DNA of 64,000 bases, from assembly GCA_039194325.1 (NCBI GenBank), contig JBCCWC010000002.1:96001-160000 (forward strand), read 5' to 3'. The notes beneath the pieces were generated by a model. It had not been told where the DNA came from, searched no databases, and saw nothing but the letters and a program-made list of their open reading frames with translations. Origin of the DNA: Myxococcota bacterium (GTDB lineage Bacteria; Myxococcota_A; Polyangia; Nannocystales; Nannocystaceae). Shown in pieces: positions 28,579 to 38,546 of the stretch (its first letter is position 1; each line of letters starts with the position of its first letter). Position numbers and translations under genes: made by a program.

Positions 28579-31578
28579 TCAGGGGGAGGGAAGCGCGTCG
28601 AGCCAGGCGTCGATCTCGGCTCGGGCGGCCGGGTCGTCGAGCAGGCCGGCGCGCGCATCGTTGGCTAGCCGGAGGGCGCCCTCGCGATCGGGAGGATCGG
28701 CGGCGGCAATCGTGCGAGCCAGGGCGAAACGGGCGCGGGCCAGGGTCTGTGCGGGGACCTGCGGGGTGGTCAGCAGGGGGATCGCGGCTTCGAGGGGCCT
28801 GCGAGCGGCCGCGGGCGTGTCGGTCGCGAGCAGCACGGTGCCCAGATCGAGCAAAGCCTCGCCCCGTCGAGAGTCGAGGCCGGGGCCCAGCGTTTGGTAG
28901 ATCTCGATCGCCTCGGTGAGCAGCTGCCGGGCCGCGTCGGGTCGAGCTTGCTGGCGGCGGACCTGGGCGAGGGCTCGGGCGACGTCGGCGGAGACCAGCG
29001 CGCTCTGCTCGGGCAGCAGGCCCCGCAGCGCGTCGGCCTGCTCGAGGACCTCGCGGGCCTCGGTGAGGTTACCGGCCTCGAGCAAGATCTTGCCGAGGTG
29101 GGCGAGCAGGTCGACCCGCTCGGGGTGGGCGGGGCCGTGCTCGGCCTCGAGGAGCGCGGCGGCCTCGCGCAGGTGCTCGGCGGCGGCGGCGTACTCGCCC
29201 GCGTGGCGCAGGGCCTGGGCCAGGTTGCCCCGCAGACGGACCATGGCGCTGATGCTGGAGTCGGAGGACTCGAGGATCGCCAAGGCACGTTCGAATAGTT
29301 CCCGTGCGTCCTCGTGGTCACCCAAGTCGTCGCGGAGCGAGCCGAGGGTGTCGAGCGCGGTGACCACCTGGGGGTGCTCGGGCCCGAACGCATCCTCGAG
29401 GATGCTGAGCGCGAGCTCTAGGTGGGGCACGGCGGCGGGCAGTTGCCCCGAGAGGTAGAGCGTGCCGCCGAGACTCTTGCGAGCCTGCCCGACCTCGGGG
29501 TGCCGGGCGCCGAGCAATTGCTCTTGGATCGCGATCTCCGACGCGAACTGCTCCTCGGCGCCCGCCATATCGCCCAGGGCGGCCAGGGACAGCCCCAAGG
29601 TGTGGTGGGCCTTGGCGAGATCGGTGGTCTCGGGGCGGGTCCGCATGAGGGTGACGGCGCGGGTGAACGCCTCTCGTGCCTCGTCGAGGCGACCGGCGAC
29701 CTGGTACACGCTTCCTTCGAGAAACCACACCTCGGCGAAGCGGAGGTCCTGGGTGTCGGATCCCCGCAGCCAGGCCCGAGCTTGCTCGGCCCAGTGCTCG
29801 CCTCCGGTGGTACGACGCTGCGAGACGCCGACCACCGTGCCGAGCTGGAGCGCGGCCTTCACGGCCAGGGAGGCGTCGCGCCCCTCAACGGCGTCGGCGA
29901 AGGCGGCGCGTAGCGAGCGCTCGGCCTCGGGAAGTCTGCCCTCGGCGGTGAGGATCTCGCCGTGGAGAAGCCGGGCTTCGCCGAGCAGCACCGGATCGTG
30001 GAGGTTGGAGCCGCGCTGCTCGACGCCGAGCGCGAGGGACTCGGCTTGCTCGTTGCGGCCGGCCCGGGCGAGCACGCCGGCTCGCGCGAGGGTCTGGCGT
30101 AGGCCTTCGATCTGGGCGGCTATCGCGGGGTCGGCCGCCCGTCCTCGGGCTCGCAGGGTCTCGACGTCGGCGCACTGGTGCACAGCGGGCAGGGCCGCGA
30201 CCAGGCCCGTGGCCCGCTGTAGGGTGCTGGTGCTGACGTTGCCGGTCAGTGTCTCCACGGTGGCCTCGAGCTCGGTGCGATGGCGGCCGAGGCAGGCCAT
30301 GCGCAGGTCGAAGGCTTCTGCGGATTGCTCGTGGCGTACGCGGGTGGCTCGGCATGCATCGGCGTGGCCCTCGGTCCATGCCTGCACGTAGGTGTCGAGC
30401 CTGTCGGTCACGCGCTCGGCAGTGTCGGCTGCGTAGCTCTGTCCGGTGTCGAGCAGCGCGTCGCGAACCCGTGTGCGCAGGGGGTTGGGCCACAGCGCAT
30501 CTTCCAGCGTTGCGGGGTCGGGGCAGGGGTCGTCCGGAGCGGCGGCCAGCTTGATGCCGATCGCCGCGGCGCCCAGCGCCGCTCCGCTCGCGGCCCAGAT
30601 CCAGCGCCTCCGGATCCGCACTGGATCTCGACCGAGCTGCAGCAGCAGCTCGGCCATAGTTTCGAAGCGGGCCTCGGGCTCCGGGTCGAGACCACGCTCG
30701 ACCAGCCGAAGTAGCCAGGTGGGCACGTTCGCCGCCGAGTCGGGCTGGAGCTTGCGCGCTTCCTTGGCCTTGAGCAGGGCCGCGGGGTCGCGGTGGCCAA
30801 AGGGCCGACGCCGATAGAGCCCCTCGTAGAGGGCCACGCAGTAGGCATATTGATCGGCTCGGGCATCGAGGGGCTCACCGCGCAGTTGCTCGGGGGCCAT
30901 GTATGCCGGGGTGCCGACGACCTCTCCCGCCGCGGTGATGGAGTCGAGCTCGTGGCCTTGGACCGGGCGCCAGGCACTGGGGGCCTCTCGCTCTCCCTCG
31001 TCGGCGCTGTCGTGGGGACGCGCGAGGCCGAAGTCGGTGACCAGCACCCGGCCCTTGTTGCCCAGGAGCACGTTGGAGGGCTTGAAGTCGCGGTGGATGA
31101 TGCCGGCTTGATGGGCCGCATGCAGGCCCTGCCCGGCCTGGCGGAAGACCTCGACCACCTCGGTCCACGTGCGGTCGTGTCGACGGATCCAGCGGCTGAG
31201 GGTCTCGCCGTCCACGTACTCCATGGCGATGTAGACCGAGCCGCTGACGTGCTCGACGTCGTAGACCGGCAGTACGTTGGGGTGGCTGAGCTGGGCCATG
31301 GCCCGGGCCTCTCGCAAGATCCGGTGCTCAGCGCGCTCGGCTTCGGAGCCCTTGCGGCGATCGAAGCGCAGCATCTTGATCGCGACCTCGCGACGCAGCT
31401 TGGGGTCGTAGGCGCGGTGCACCACCCCCATGCCGCCGGCGCCGAGCTGCTCGAGGATCACGTAGCGGTCGAGGCTGGGGGGGCTGGTGGCGTGGCCGTC
31501 GTCGCTCGGCCGGAGCGTGGGCGTCTCGGCGAGCGGAGGGTCGTCGTCGTTGGATCGCTCCTCCACGTCGGTCGCCAC
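28579..31578 (-). CDS. Ser/Thr protein kinase with TM segment and TPR repeats
   Basis: LGAGGMGVV, VAIKML, HRDFKPSN, DFGLAR, GTPAYMAPE; TPR repeats. Confidence 0.94.
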   Translation of the reverse strand: MATDVEERSNDDDPPLAETPTLRPSDDGHATSPPSLDRYVILEQLGAGGMGVVHRAYDPKLRREVAIKMLRFDRRKGSEAERAEHRILREARAMAQLSHPNVLPVYDVEHVSGSVYIAMEYVDGETLSRWIRRHDRTWTEVVEVFRQAGQGLHAAHQAGIIHRDFKPSNVLLGNKGRVLVTDFGLARPHDSADEGEREAPSAWRPVQGHELDSITAAGEVVGTPAYMAPEQLRGEPLDARADQYAYCVALYEGLYRRRPFGHRDPAALLKAKEARKLQPDSAANVPTWLLRLVERGLDPEPEARFETMAELLLQLGRDPVRIRRRWIWAASGAALGAAAIGIKLAAAPDDPCPDPATLEDALWPNPLRTRVRDALLDTGQSYAADTAERVTDRLDTYVQAWTEGHADACRATRVRHEQSAEAFDLRMACLGRHRTELEATVETLTGNVSTSTLQRATGLVAALPAVHQCADVETLRARGRAADPAIAAQIEGLRQTLARAGVLARAGRNEQAESLALGVEQRGSNLHDPVLLGEARLLHGEILTAEGRLPEAERSLRAAFADAVEGRDASLAVKAALQLGTVVGVSQRRTTGGEHWAEQARAWLRGSDTQDLRFAEVWFLEGSVYQVAGRLDEAREAFTRAVTLMRTRPETTDLAKAHHTLGLSLAALGDMAGAEEQFASEIAIQEQLLGARHPEVGQARKSLGGTLYLSGQLPAAVPHLELALSILEDAFGPEHPQVVTALDTLGSLRDDLGDHEDARELFERALAILESSDSSISAMVRLRGNLAQALRHAGEYAAAAEHLREAAALLEAEHGPAHPERVDLLAHLGKILLEAGNLTEAREVLEQADALRGLLPEQSALVSADVARALAQVRRQQARPDAARQLLTEAIEIYQTLGPGLDSRRGEALLDLGTVLLATDTPAAARRPLEAAIPLLTTPQVPAQTLARARFALARTIAAADPPDREGALRLANDARAGLLDDPAARAEIDAWLDALPSP

Positions 31579-31705
31579 CGCGGGTCAGTGTACGCCTGTC
31601 GCGGAGTCGAGCGGCTAATCGAGCGACCAGTCGAGCGGCCGGAACAGTCAGTGCAGCACAGGAGCGGGAGCGGTCTCACCGACCGAGGCGCGGCAGAGGC
31701 CGACT

Positions 31706-32662
31706 TTAGGGAGGCGGGGAAGAGGTGGACGCCTGTGCCTTGTGGTCGACCAGCGCCTCGACCGTCAGGTTGCGCGCCAGATCTCGCAGCCAGGCATGGG
31801 CGGGATCGCGATGTGAGCGCTCGTGCCAGGTCATGGTGATCCGAAACGACGCTAACTCGATCGGAGGAGGGAGCAGGCGTATCGAGGCGAAGGTCGCCGC
31901 CTCCTGAGCGAGCGCGCGAGGCAAGGTGGCCACTAGATCCGAGCGCGCCACCATGAAGGGAACGCCCACGAAGTAGGGAGTCCGCAGCATGATGCGTCGC
32001 TCGAGGCCGTGCGAGGCGAGCATGCGGTCGACGGCCCCGGGTTCGTCGTTTCCGCTGACGAGGATATGGCCTAGCCCGAGGTACTGGTCCAGCGTGATCG
32101 AGTCGTCGTGGTCAAGGAGCGGGTGCTCTTCGCGCAGCACGACCGCGTAGTTCTCGTCGATGACGGCGCGCTGCTTGAGTCCGGCGCCGTCGATGGCTAT
32201 GCCCATGACCAGGTCGGCCGTGCCGTCCTCCAGCAGGGTCTGCATCGCGTTGGTGTAGGGCATCATGCGCAGCGAGACGCCGGGGGCGTGCTGCTCCAGG
32301 TAGTGCAGCACGCGGGTCAGGATCACGAAATCGGCGTAGTCCGAGCTGATGATGGTGAAGCGGCGCTCGGCGGTGGAAGGATCGAAGGGCTCGGTGCTGC
32401 GGATCGCCGCGTGCAGCTCGAGCAGACCCCGGCGGACCGGACCCGCCAGCGCCTCCGCCCGCTCGGTGGGCACCATGCCGCGACGGCCCCCGACCAGCAG
32501 ATCATCGTCGAAGACCTCGCGGAGCCGGCGGAGCTTGTGGCTCATGGCCGACTGGGTCAGGCCCACGCGCGCGGCGGCCTTGGTGACGTTGCGCTCCATC
32601 AGCAGCGCATCAAGCGCCAGTAGAAGGTTCAGGTCGACCGCTCCTGCATGTAGATTGTGCAT
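31706..32662 (-). CDS. LysR-family transcriptional regulator
   Basis: DLNLL...NVTKAAARVGLTQSAMSHKLRRLR HTH; C-terminal WH...DPAHAWLR. Confidence 0.95.
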   Translation of the reverse strand: MHNLHAGAVDLNLLLALDALLMERNVTKAAARVGLTQSAMSHKLRRLREVFDDDLLVGGRRGMVPTERAEALAGPVRRGLLELHAAIRSTEPFDPSTAERRFTIISSDYADFVILTRVLHYLEQHAPGVSLRMMPYTNAMQTLLEDGTADLVMGIAIDGAGLKQRAVIDENYAVVLREEHPLLDHDDSITLDQYLGLGHILVSGNDEPGAVDRMLASHGLERRIMLRTPYFVGVPFMVARSDLVATLPRALAQEAATFASIRLLPPPIELASFRITMTWHERSHRDPAHAWLRDLARNLTVEALVDHKAQASTSSPPP

Positions 32663-32678
32663 GATTTGTATGAGCAGT

Positions 32679-32693
32679 ATGCAGTGTCCGCAT
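32679..32693. promoter_or_regulatory. LysR box (T-N11-A)
   Basis: ATGC-AGTGTCC-GCAT in the divergent gap; a related ATGC-N8-GCAT lies at 32709-32724. Confidence 0.55.
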
Positions 32694-32740
32694 GGTCATT
32701 CCACTCGCATGCTGGTGTTTGCATGGAGCGAGGCGAAAAC

Positions 32741-33292
32741 ATGCAGCACACTCATCCAACGACCCCCGCCGCTCAACGAGTGCGTAAAATGCGCTGGTCT
32801 TTCGTGGCCTGGGGGATGGTCCTGACCCTCAGCGGCGTGACTGCCGCTTGTCATGGTGCGCCCACGGGGGCGCCCAACGCGGAGGCGGTGCTCTCGACCC
32901 CCGCGACGAACGAGCCGACGAACGAGCCGACGAACGAGCCGGTGGCCAATATGGATGAGCAGCCCGGGTCCGATGGGGTGGCACCGTCCAAGGTCGCGGC
33001 CGGCTCGCCGGCGACGATGTCGGGCCCGCCGACCGGACTGACCCCGCCCGTGCCCGGTGAGGAGCGCCTGTCGGGCACGGTCGTCGAGCTGTTGCCGGCG
33101 GGCGGCTACCACTACATGCGGGTCGCGCCCGAGCAGGGCGAGCCCCGCTGGGTGGTGACGATGGGCGGTGAGTATCGCGAAGGCGCGGTGGTCGAGGTGA
33201 GCAACTTTGGAGCTCGCCACGACTTCTACTCGCGCCGCCTCGACCGTCGCTTCGCCGAGCTGGTGTTCGGCATGGTCGACGTCGTCGGCTGA
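32741..33292 (+). CDS. Hypothetical lipoprotein with small beta (OB-like) domain
   Basis: TAAC lipobox; TNEP x3 linker; LSGTVVELLPAGGYHYMRV; divergent from the LysR gene. Confidence 0.75.
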   Translation: MQHTHPTTPAAQRVRKMRWSFVAWGMVLTLSGVTAACHGAPTGAPNAEAVLSTPATNEPTNEPTNEPVANMDEQPGSDGVAPSKVAAGSPATMSGPPTGLTPPVPGEERLSGTVVELLPAGGYHYMRVAPEQGEPRWVVTMGGEYREGAVVEVSNFGARHDFYSRRLDRRFAELVFGMVDVVG

Positions 33293-33517
33293 AGTAGATT
33301 TCTAGACCTCGGGGTATTGATGCCGAGGCCGGCTCGGAATGCGCGACGGCTGTCGCGCCCGGTCTCGGTCTTGCCCAAGGGGCACCTCGCGGATCGATCT
33401 CATTTTTAGATGCGGTGCATGGGCGCCGTTTGATCGCTTTTGCTCTGGAGCGTGCTCGGGAACGACGCCTGATCACGCCCGGATACCAACCTCCCAACGT
33501 TGAAAAGAGACACTTCG

Positions 33518-34222
33518 ATGTACCGACGTCAACCCACGACCCTCACTTCTCTGATGCTCGGCGGACTTCTGTGCCTACCCGCCTGCGCCGATGATGAGCT
33601 CGGCGACGATCCGATGGCCGACGGAGGCACGACCACCAGCGACGATACGGCCAGTGATGACGATTCCCCGGCGTCGTCACCGACCGAAGGCGAGGATGAG
33701 GGGGAAGACACCACGGGGGAAGACCCGACCGGCGAAGATCCGACCACCGGGGGTGAGGACGAGGATGCGATCTTCGACTGCGAAGATCCCAACATCCTCA
33801 TCATTCCGATGACGGGTCCGGGATTCGATCCCGAGACGGGAGAGTTCGTGGGGGCGCCACAGGACACTTATATCGCGCACACCACCCTGGCGGTGGTGAC
33901 CCCGGAGCAAATGGAAGAGTTCCTGGAGGTCAATGAGCTGGCGGCGGCGCAGGCGATGCAGACTCCGGGGATGCTCGGGGTGGGCTTTGCGGTCGAGTCC
34001 GAGTGTGGCTTTTTGCGCACGATCGGCCTGTGGGAGGATGAAAAGAGCCTATATTCCTTCGTTGGCTCGGGGGCCCACCTCGAGGCGATGCAGCGGGCGC
34101 CCGAGCTGTCGGTCGCGGGCAAGACGACGCACTGGGAGATCGACTCAGGGGTCATGCCGCTGACGTGGGACATGGCCTTCGAACAGCTGGAGTCGGTGGA
34201 GCCCTCGCCGATCTACGACTGA
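33518..34222 (+). CDS. Lipoprotein with ABM/DUF3291-like dimeric barrel domain
   Basis: LPAC lipobox; acidic linker; TPGMLG...TIGLWEDEKSLYSFVGSGAHLEAM. Confidence 0.75.
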   Translation: MYRRQPTTLTSLMLGGLLCLPACADDELGDDPMADGGTTTSDDTASDDDSPASSPTEGEDEGEDTTGEDPTGEDPTTGGEDEDAIFDCEDPNILIIPMTGPGFDPETGEFVGAPQDTYIAHTTLAVVTPEQMEEFLEVNELAAAQAMQTPGMLGVGFAVESECGFLRTIGLWEDEKSLYSFVGSGAHLEAMQRAPELSVAGKTTHWEIDSGVMPLTWDMAFEQLESVEPSPIYD

Positions 34223-34298
34223 TTGTGCCCCCCGCCGCCGTTGGGGTGCTTGGAGGTTCAGCGTGCTTCCCCTCGCAAGCGGGGGGATCGGTTGGGGG

Positions 34299-35195
34299 CT
34301 AGCCGGGAGACTGATCGACGGCCGAGCGGTCCGGCTGGGGTTGCGATCGCAACCGCAACGGGGGCCGCAACCGCAACAGGGGCCGCCCGATCACCACGCC
34401 CAGGCAGGCGGCCCACGCCACGCCCCAGGTCAGCACCGCCGGATCACCGCCCGGCAGCGAGCCCATCGCGGCGACCAGCCCCACGAGCATGCCGCCCTGC
34501 ACCCGGTCGCGGCGCAGGCGGACCTCGGGATCCACGTCGCTCGCCGAGCCGGGCGGAGGCTGGGTGAGCATGACCAGCCCGAAGGCGACGGCGACCGCGA
34601 TCGCGCCCCAGGTCCACGGCCCGGGGGTGACCAGATGCAGCTCCACGTCGCCGATCAGCACGCCCATGACGGTGGCGGCGGCGGCCAGGCCCGCGAAGGG
34701 CCATCCTTCGCCCGAGCGCTCGGGGAGCAGGGCGTCGAGGGTAAAGGCCAACACCGCGGCCACGCCGACGCCGATCCCGTGGTCTTCGGGTGCGACCACG
34801 AACACCATGACGGTGAGCACCACCCGGTCGACGCGCTTGGCCGGCGGGCCCACGCTGCGGTTGACCACCCGCACCAGGCCCATCGCGACCAGGGGGCCGA
34901 GCACGGCCGGGGTGGCCCCGTAGAGCACGACCGCGGCGACGGGCACCAGGGCGATGAAGGCGGCCGGGTTGTCGTCGGGCGCCAGATCTCGGGCCAGGGC
35001 CCAGGTGACGAAGACCACCAGGGCGCCCATCATGCCGGCCAAGAGCGCGTCGGTCGGATCCGCGCCGCGGACGATCGCGGTGACCCCCAGGGCGACCAGC
35101 GTCAGGCCCATGACGATCAGGATGGCGAGGTTGGTGGGGTATTGGGGCTCGACGGGGCGCGCGATGGCGGAGAAGCGATGGATCGGGTGCGCCAC
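34299..35195 (-). CDS. Multi-pass membrane protein, function unknown
   Basis: About eight hydrophobic segments; WALARDLAPD, RVVNRSVG; start refined to GTG 35195. Confidence 0.75.
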   Translation of the reverse strand: MAHPIHRFSAIARPVEPQYPTNLAILIVMGLTLVALGVTAIVRGADPTDALLAGMMGALVVFVTWALARDLAPDDNPAAFIALVPVAAVVLYGATPAVLGPLVAMGLVRVVNRSVGPPAKRVDRVVLTVMVFVVAPEDHGIGVGVAAVLAFTLDALLPERSGEGWPFAGLAAAATVMGVLIGDVELHLVTPGPWTWGAIAVAVAFGLVMLTQPPPGSASDVDPEVRLRRDRVQGGMLVGLVAAMGSLPGGDPAVLTWGVAWAACLGVVIGRPLLRLRPPLRLRSQPQPDRSAVDQSPG

Positions 35196-35239
35196 GGGCT
35201 GGCGATCGTGACGCTCGGCTCGGGCGCGGTCAAGGCGGG

Positions 35240-35291
35240 GGGGCCAGCGCGAGGGGCCAGCGCGAGGGGCCAGCGCGAGGGGGCAGCGTGA
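35240..35291. repeat. 13-bp tandem repeat, four copies
   Basis: GGGGCCAGCGCGA x3 plus a degenerate GGGGGCAGCGTGA in a divergent intergenic gap. Confidence 0.85.
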
Positions 35292-35374
35292 AGGGGCCCG
35301 TGTAGGGCGAAGGCGAGGACCGACGAGGTGCCTTGTTCGGATGCCGCGCCGATCGGACAATCCGAGCCGCCGAT

Positions 35375-36445
35375 ATGAGTGACGAGCCGTCATCCCGCGC
35401 GATCCTTACCGTTCCTGCCGAGCACGTGGGGCTGGTCGTCATCGGCCGCAACGAAGGCGAGCACCTGCTGCGAGCGTTCGGCTCGATGGGGGAGCAGGTG
35501 GGAGCGGCGGTCTATGCCGACAGCGATTCCACCGACGACAGCGTGGCCCTGGTGCAGGAGCACTTTGCTGCGGTGGAGGTGGTGAGGATGACGGCGGCCG
35601 AGCGGCCCTTGTCGCCGTCTCGCGGGCGCAACGAGGGGTACGCGGCGCTGCGGCGGCGCCTGCCGACGGTCCGCTATGTCCAGTTCCTCGACGGTGATTG
35701 CGAGCTCGATCCTCGGTGGCTGAGCGCGGCGGCCCAGTACCTCGAGGCGAACCCCAAGGTCGGGGTGGTGGCGGGCCGGCTGCGGGAGCGCGACCGCAAT
35801 CGCAACGCGTTCCACCGCCTCGCCGACATGGAGTGGGATCAGCCCCCGGGCGAGGTCAACGACATGGGCGGCATCATGATGGTGCGAGCCTCCGTCTGGG
35901 ACGAGGTGGGCGGACAGAACCCCGACATTCCGGCGGCCGAGGAGCGCGAGTTCTGCTGGCGGGTGATCGACGCGGGCTACACGATCATGCGCTTGGCCGA
36001 CGACATGGCGCTGCACGACATCGACATGGCCGACATGAGAGAGTGGTGGACCCGATCGGTTCGCACCGGGCACGCATACGCCCAGGGCTACTGGGTGCAT
36101 CGCGATCGTTGGCACCTGCGGCACGTGATGTCCTTGGTGGCCTACGGGGCGGCGCTGCCCGGGGCGGCACTGGGCGGGGCGCCGCTGACCCTGGGGCTGA
36201 GCCTGGGCCTTCTGGGCGCCTACCCGCGGCTTTGGCGGAAGATCGAGCAAGGTCGGCGACAGCGGGGGGATGCGCCGGAGGATGCACGGCTCTATGCAAC
36301 CGCCAACGTGGCGGGCAAGCTCGCGGGGGCGGTGGGGGTGGTCCAGTTCTTCACCCGCACGCTTCGGCAGGGCCGAGGAGGTCGTCGGGGAGGGGTCGGA
36401 GGACGTGAGCCCGGGACGCCGCCGCCGGGTCGTGGGATCATCTGA
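35375..36445 (+). CDS. Glycosyltransferase family 2
   Basis: VVIGRNEG, DSDSTD, FLDGD (DxD), C-terminal hydrophobic segments. Confidence 0.9.
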   Translation: MSDEPSSRAILTVPAEHVGLVVIGRNEGEHLLRAFGSMGEQVGAAVYADSDSTDDSVALVQEHFAAVEVVRMTAAERPLSPSRGRNEGYAALRRRLPTVRYVQFLDGDCELDPRWLSAAAQYLEANPKVGVVAGRLRERDRNRNAFHRLADMEWDQPPGEVNDMGGIMMVRASVWDEVGGQNPDIPAAEEREFCWRVIDAGYTIMRLADDMALHDIDMADMREWWTRSVRTGHAYAQGYWVHRDRWHLRHVMSLVAYGAALPGAALGGAPLTLGLSLGLLGAYPRLWRKIEQGRRQRGDAPEDARLYATANVAGKLAGAVGVVQFFTRTLRQGRGGRRGGVGGREPGTPPPGRGII

Positions 36446-36449
36446 GCCG

Positions 36450-37853
36450 ATGGCCGATCCGGACAAGCCCAAGGCTGCACCGCAGACCCTGCGACCCGAG
36501 ATTCCCAGCACGATCCCCGTATCGACCCGGGTTGAGCAGACACGGCGGCTGTTGGTGATCGCGGCCGAGCGGGTCAGCTCGCACCCCGTGCCTTCGATGG
36601 GCAAGTTCAAGGTAGGGCGGGGTGACGAGGTGGATCTTCGTATCGACGATCCCTCAGTCTCGCGGGATCATGCGTGCCTTTGGTTCGGGCGCAACAACGA
36701 GATCCACGTCAGCGACTCGGGGAGCTCCAATGGAACCCGTGTGCGGGGAAGGCGCCTCAAGGACGGAGAGCGGGTCGCGGTGGTGGCCGCAGAGACCTTC
36801 GAGGTGGGATCGGTCCTGCTGATGGTGCAGGACCCGTTCGGTGCCGAGGCATCCGAGGCGCCGGCCTCGACGGGGGGAGGGTCTGTCGACGACAGCGGGA
36901 TCGTCATCTCCGACCGGGCGATGACCAGCCTGTACCAACTGGCCGAGCGCGTGGCCAAGAGCACGATCAACGTGCTGCTGCTGGGCGAGACGGGCGTGGG
37001 CAAGGACGTACTCGCGCGCAAGATCCACGCGATGTCTCCTCGGAGGGGCAAGCCCTTCTTGCCCCTCAACTGCGGGGCGCTCAGCGAGCAGCTGCTCGAG
37101 AGCGAGCTGTTCGGCCACGAGCGTGGAGCGTTCACGGGGGCGGTCGAGTCGAAGATGGGGCTGCTCGAGGCGGCGAACGAGGGCACGGTGTTTCTCGACG
37201 AGGTGGGCGAGCTGCCGATGTCGGTGCAGGTCAAGCTGCTCCGGGTGCTCGAGGAGCGCCAGGTTCGTCGCGTGGGCGGGCTGCGGAGCAAGAGCTTCGA
37301 CATCCGCTTCGTGGCCGCGACCAACCGCGACCTCAACCAGGCGATCGCCGACGGGGAGTTTCGCTCGGATCTGTTCTATCGGCTCAACGGGATCTCCCTG
37401 GTGATCCCGCCCTTGCGGCAGCGGGTGGGGGAGGTAGAGGGCCTGTCGCTCCGCTTCATCGAAGAGGCCAGCAAGCGCGCGGGGCATTCGCGGGCGCCCT
37501 CGCTGAGCCCCGAGGCCCTGGCGTGGCTGGAGAAGTACCACTGGCCCGGTAACATTCGCGAGCTGCACAACACGATCGAGCGGGCGGTGTTGCTGTGTAC
37601 CGACGATGTGATCACGGTCGAGCAGCTGCCCTCGGCGGTCGACACCCCGACTGGCGCGCCCTCGCCGACGCCTCGCGCAGCCTCGGGTTCGGCGGCGGCC
37701 GCCGAGCAAGACCCGGAGCGCAAGCGGATCCTCGACGCACTCGAGCAGTGTGCGGGCAATCAGACCCGAGCGGCGAAGCTCTTGGGGATCTCTCGCAATA
37801 CCCTGCTGGCGCGGCTGGATCAGTACAACATCCCGCGGCCGCGCAAGCGCTGA
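36450..37853 (+). CDS. FHA-domain sigma54-dependent enhancer-binding protein
   Basis: VSRDHA/SSNGT FHA; GETGVGKD, GAFTGA, FLDEVGE, WPGNIREL; Fis-type HTH GNQTRAAKLLGISR. Confidence 0.95.
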   Translation: MADPDKPKAAPQTLRPEIPSTIPVSTRVEQTRRLLVIAAERVSSHPVPSMGKFKVGRGDEVDLRIDDPSVSRDHACLWFGRNNEIHVSDSGSSNGTRVRGRRLKDGERVAVVAAETFEVGSVLLMVQDPFGAEASEAPASTGGGSVDDSGIVISDRAMTSLYQLAERVAKSTINVLLLGETGVGKDVLARKIHAMSPRRGKPFLPLNCGALSEQLLESELFGHERGAFTGAVESKMGLLEAANEGTVFLDEVGELPMSVQVKLLRVLEERQVRRVGGLRSKSFDIRFVAATNRDLNQAIADGEFRSDLFYRLNGISLVIPPLRQRVGEVEGLSLRFIEEASKRAGHSRAPSLSPEALAWLEKYHWPGNIRELHNTIERAVLLCTDDVITVEQLPSAVDTPTGAPSPTPRAASGSAAAAEQDPERKRILDALEQCAGNQTRAAKLLGISRNTLLARLDQYNIPRPRKR

Positions 37854-37993
37854 GCCGGGCCAGGTGAGGTCGTGCTCTCTCGGCGTCGTGCCTGAGGAGC
37901 ACGGGGACGTTCGTGATCGTTGGTCTTTGGCCCTGGCATCATTCGTGCCTTGGTCAGAAGGGTGGTCGGCGTGCGTGGTATCGTGCAGTCGAG

Positions 37994-38536
37994 ATGGGCA
38001 AGCTTCCGCCTGACGATGAGCGACCCGACGAGGCGGACGGGGCTCCGCACCACGATGATCCCGATCGCGCGGCGATCCTCGCTCGACGGCAGCGGTTCAT
38101 CGCGTTGGCGCTGTCGGGGCTGACGACGGCGGGCTGCGACAAGCCCAACGACGAGCCCAACGCCCCCAAGGGCAAGGGAGCCCAGGAGGGCAAGGCGACC
38201 GTCGAGGGCCAGGGGGACGCAGGGGCTCGGCCTCAGCCGTGCCTCGACGTCGCTCCGGAGCCACGCGACTCGGAGGGGGCGGGAAGCGGCGAGGGCAACG
38301 CCAAGCCGGTCCCGTGCCTCGAGGTGGCACCGCCGCAGACCGGCGACGAGGAAGATCCCTTGGGGTCGCCGCAGGCTTGCCTCAAGGTCGCGATGCCTGA
38401 CGCTACAGAGCCAGCCAAACCAGCCAAGCCGGCCAAGCCGCAGCCATGCTTGAAGGTGGCCAAGCCGGAGGAGCCGGCCAAGCCAGACGAGCCGGCCAAG
38501 CCGCGGCCGTGTCTTCGGGTGGCTAAGCCGCGCTGA
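37994..38536 (+). CDS. Small lipoprotein with five Px(P/A)CLxVA repeats
   Basis: ILARRQRFIALALSGLTTAGC; repeats PQPCLDVA, PVPCLEVA, PQACLKVA, PQPCLKVA, PRPCLRVA. Confidence 0.82.
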   Translation: MGKLPPDDERPDEADGAPHHDDPDRAAILARRQRFIALALSGLTTAGCDKPNDEPNAPKGKGAQEGKATVEGQGDAGARPQPCLDVAPEPRDSEGAGSGEGNAKPVPCLEVAPPQTGDEEDPLGSPQACLKVAMPDATEPAKPAKPAKPQPCLKVAKPEEPAKPDEPAKPRPCLRVAKPR

Positions 38537-38546
38537 GCGATCAGCC

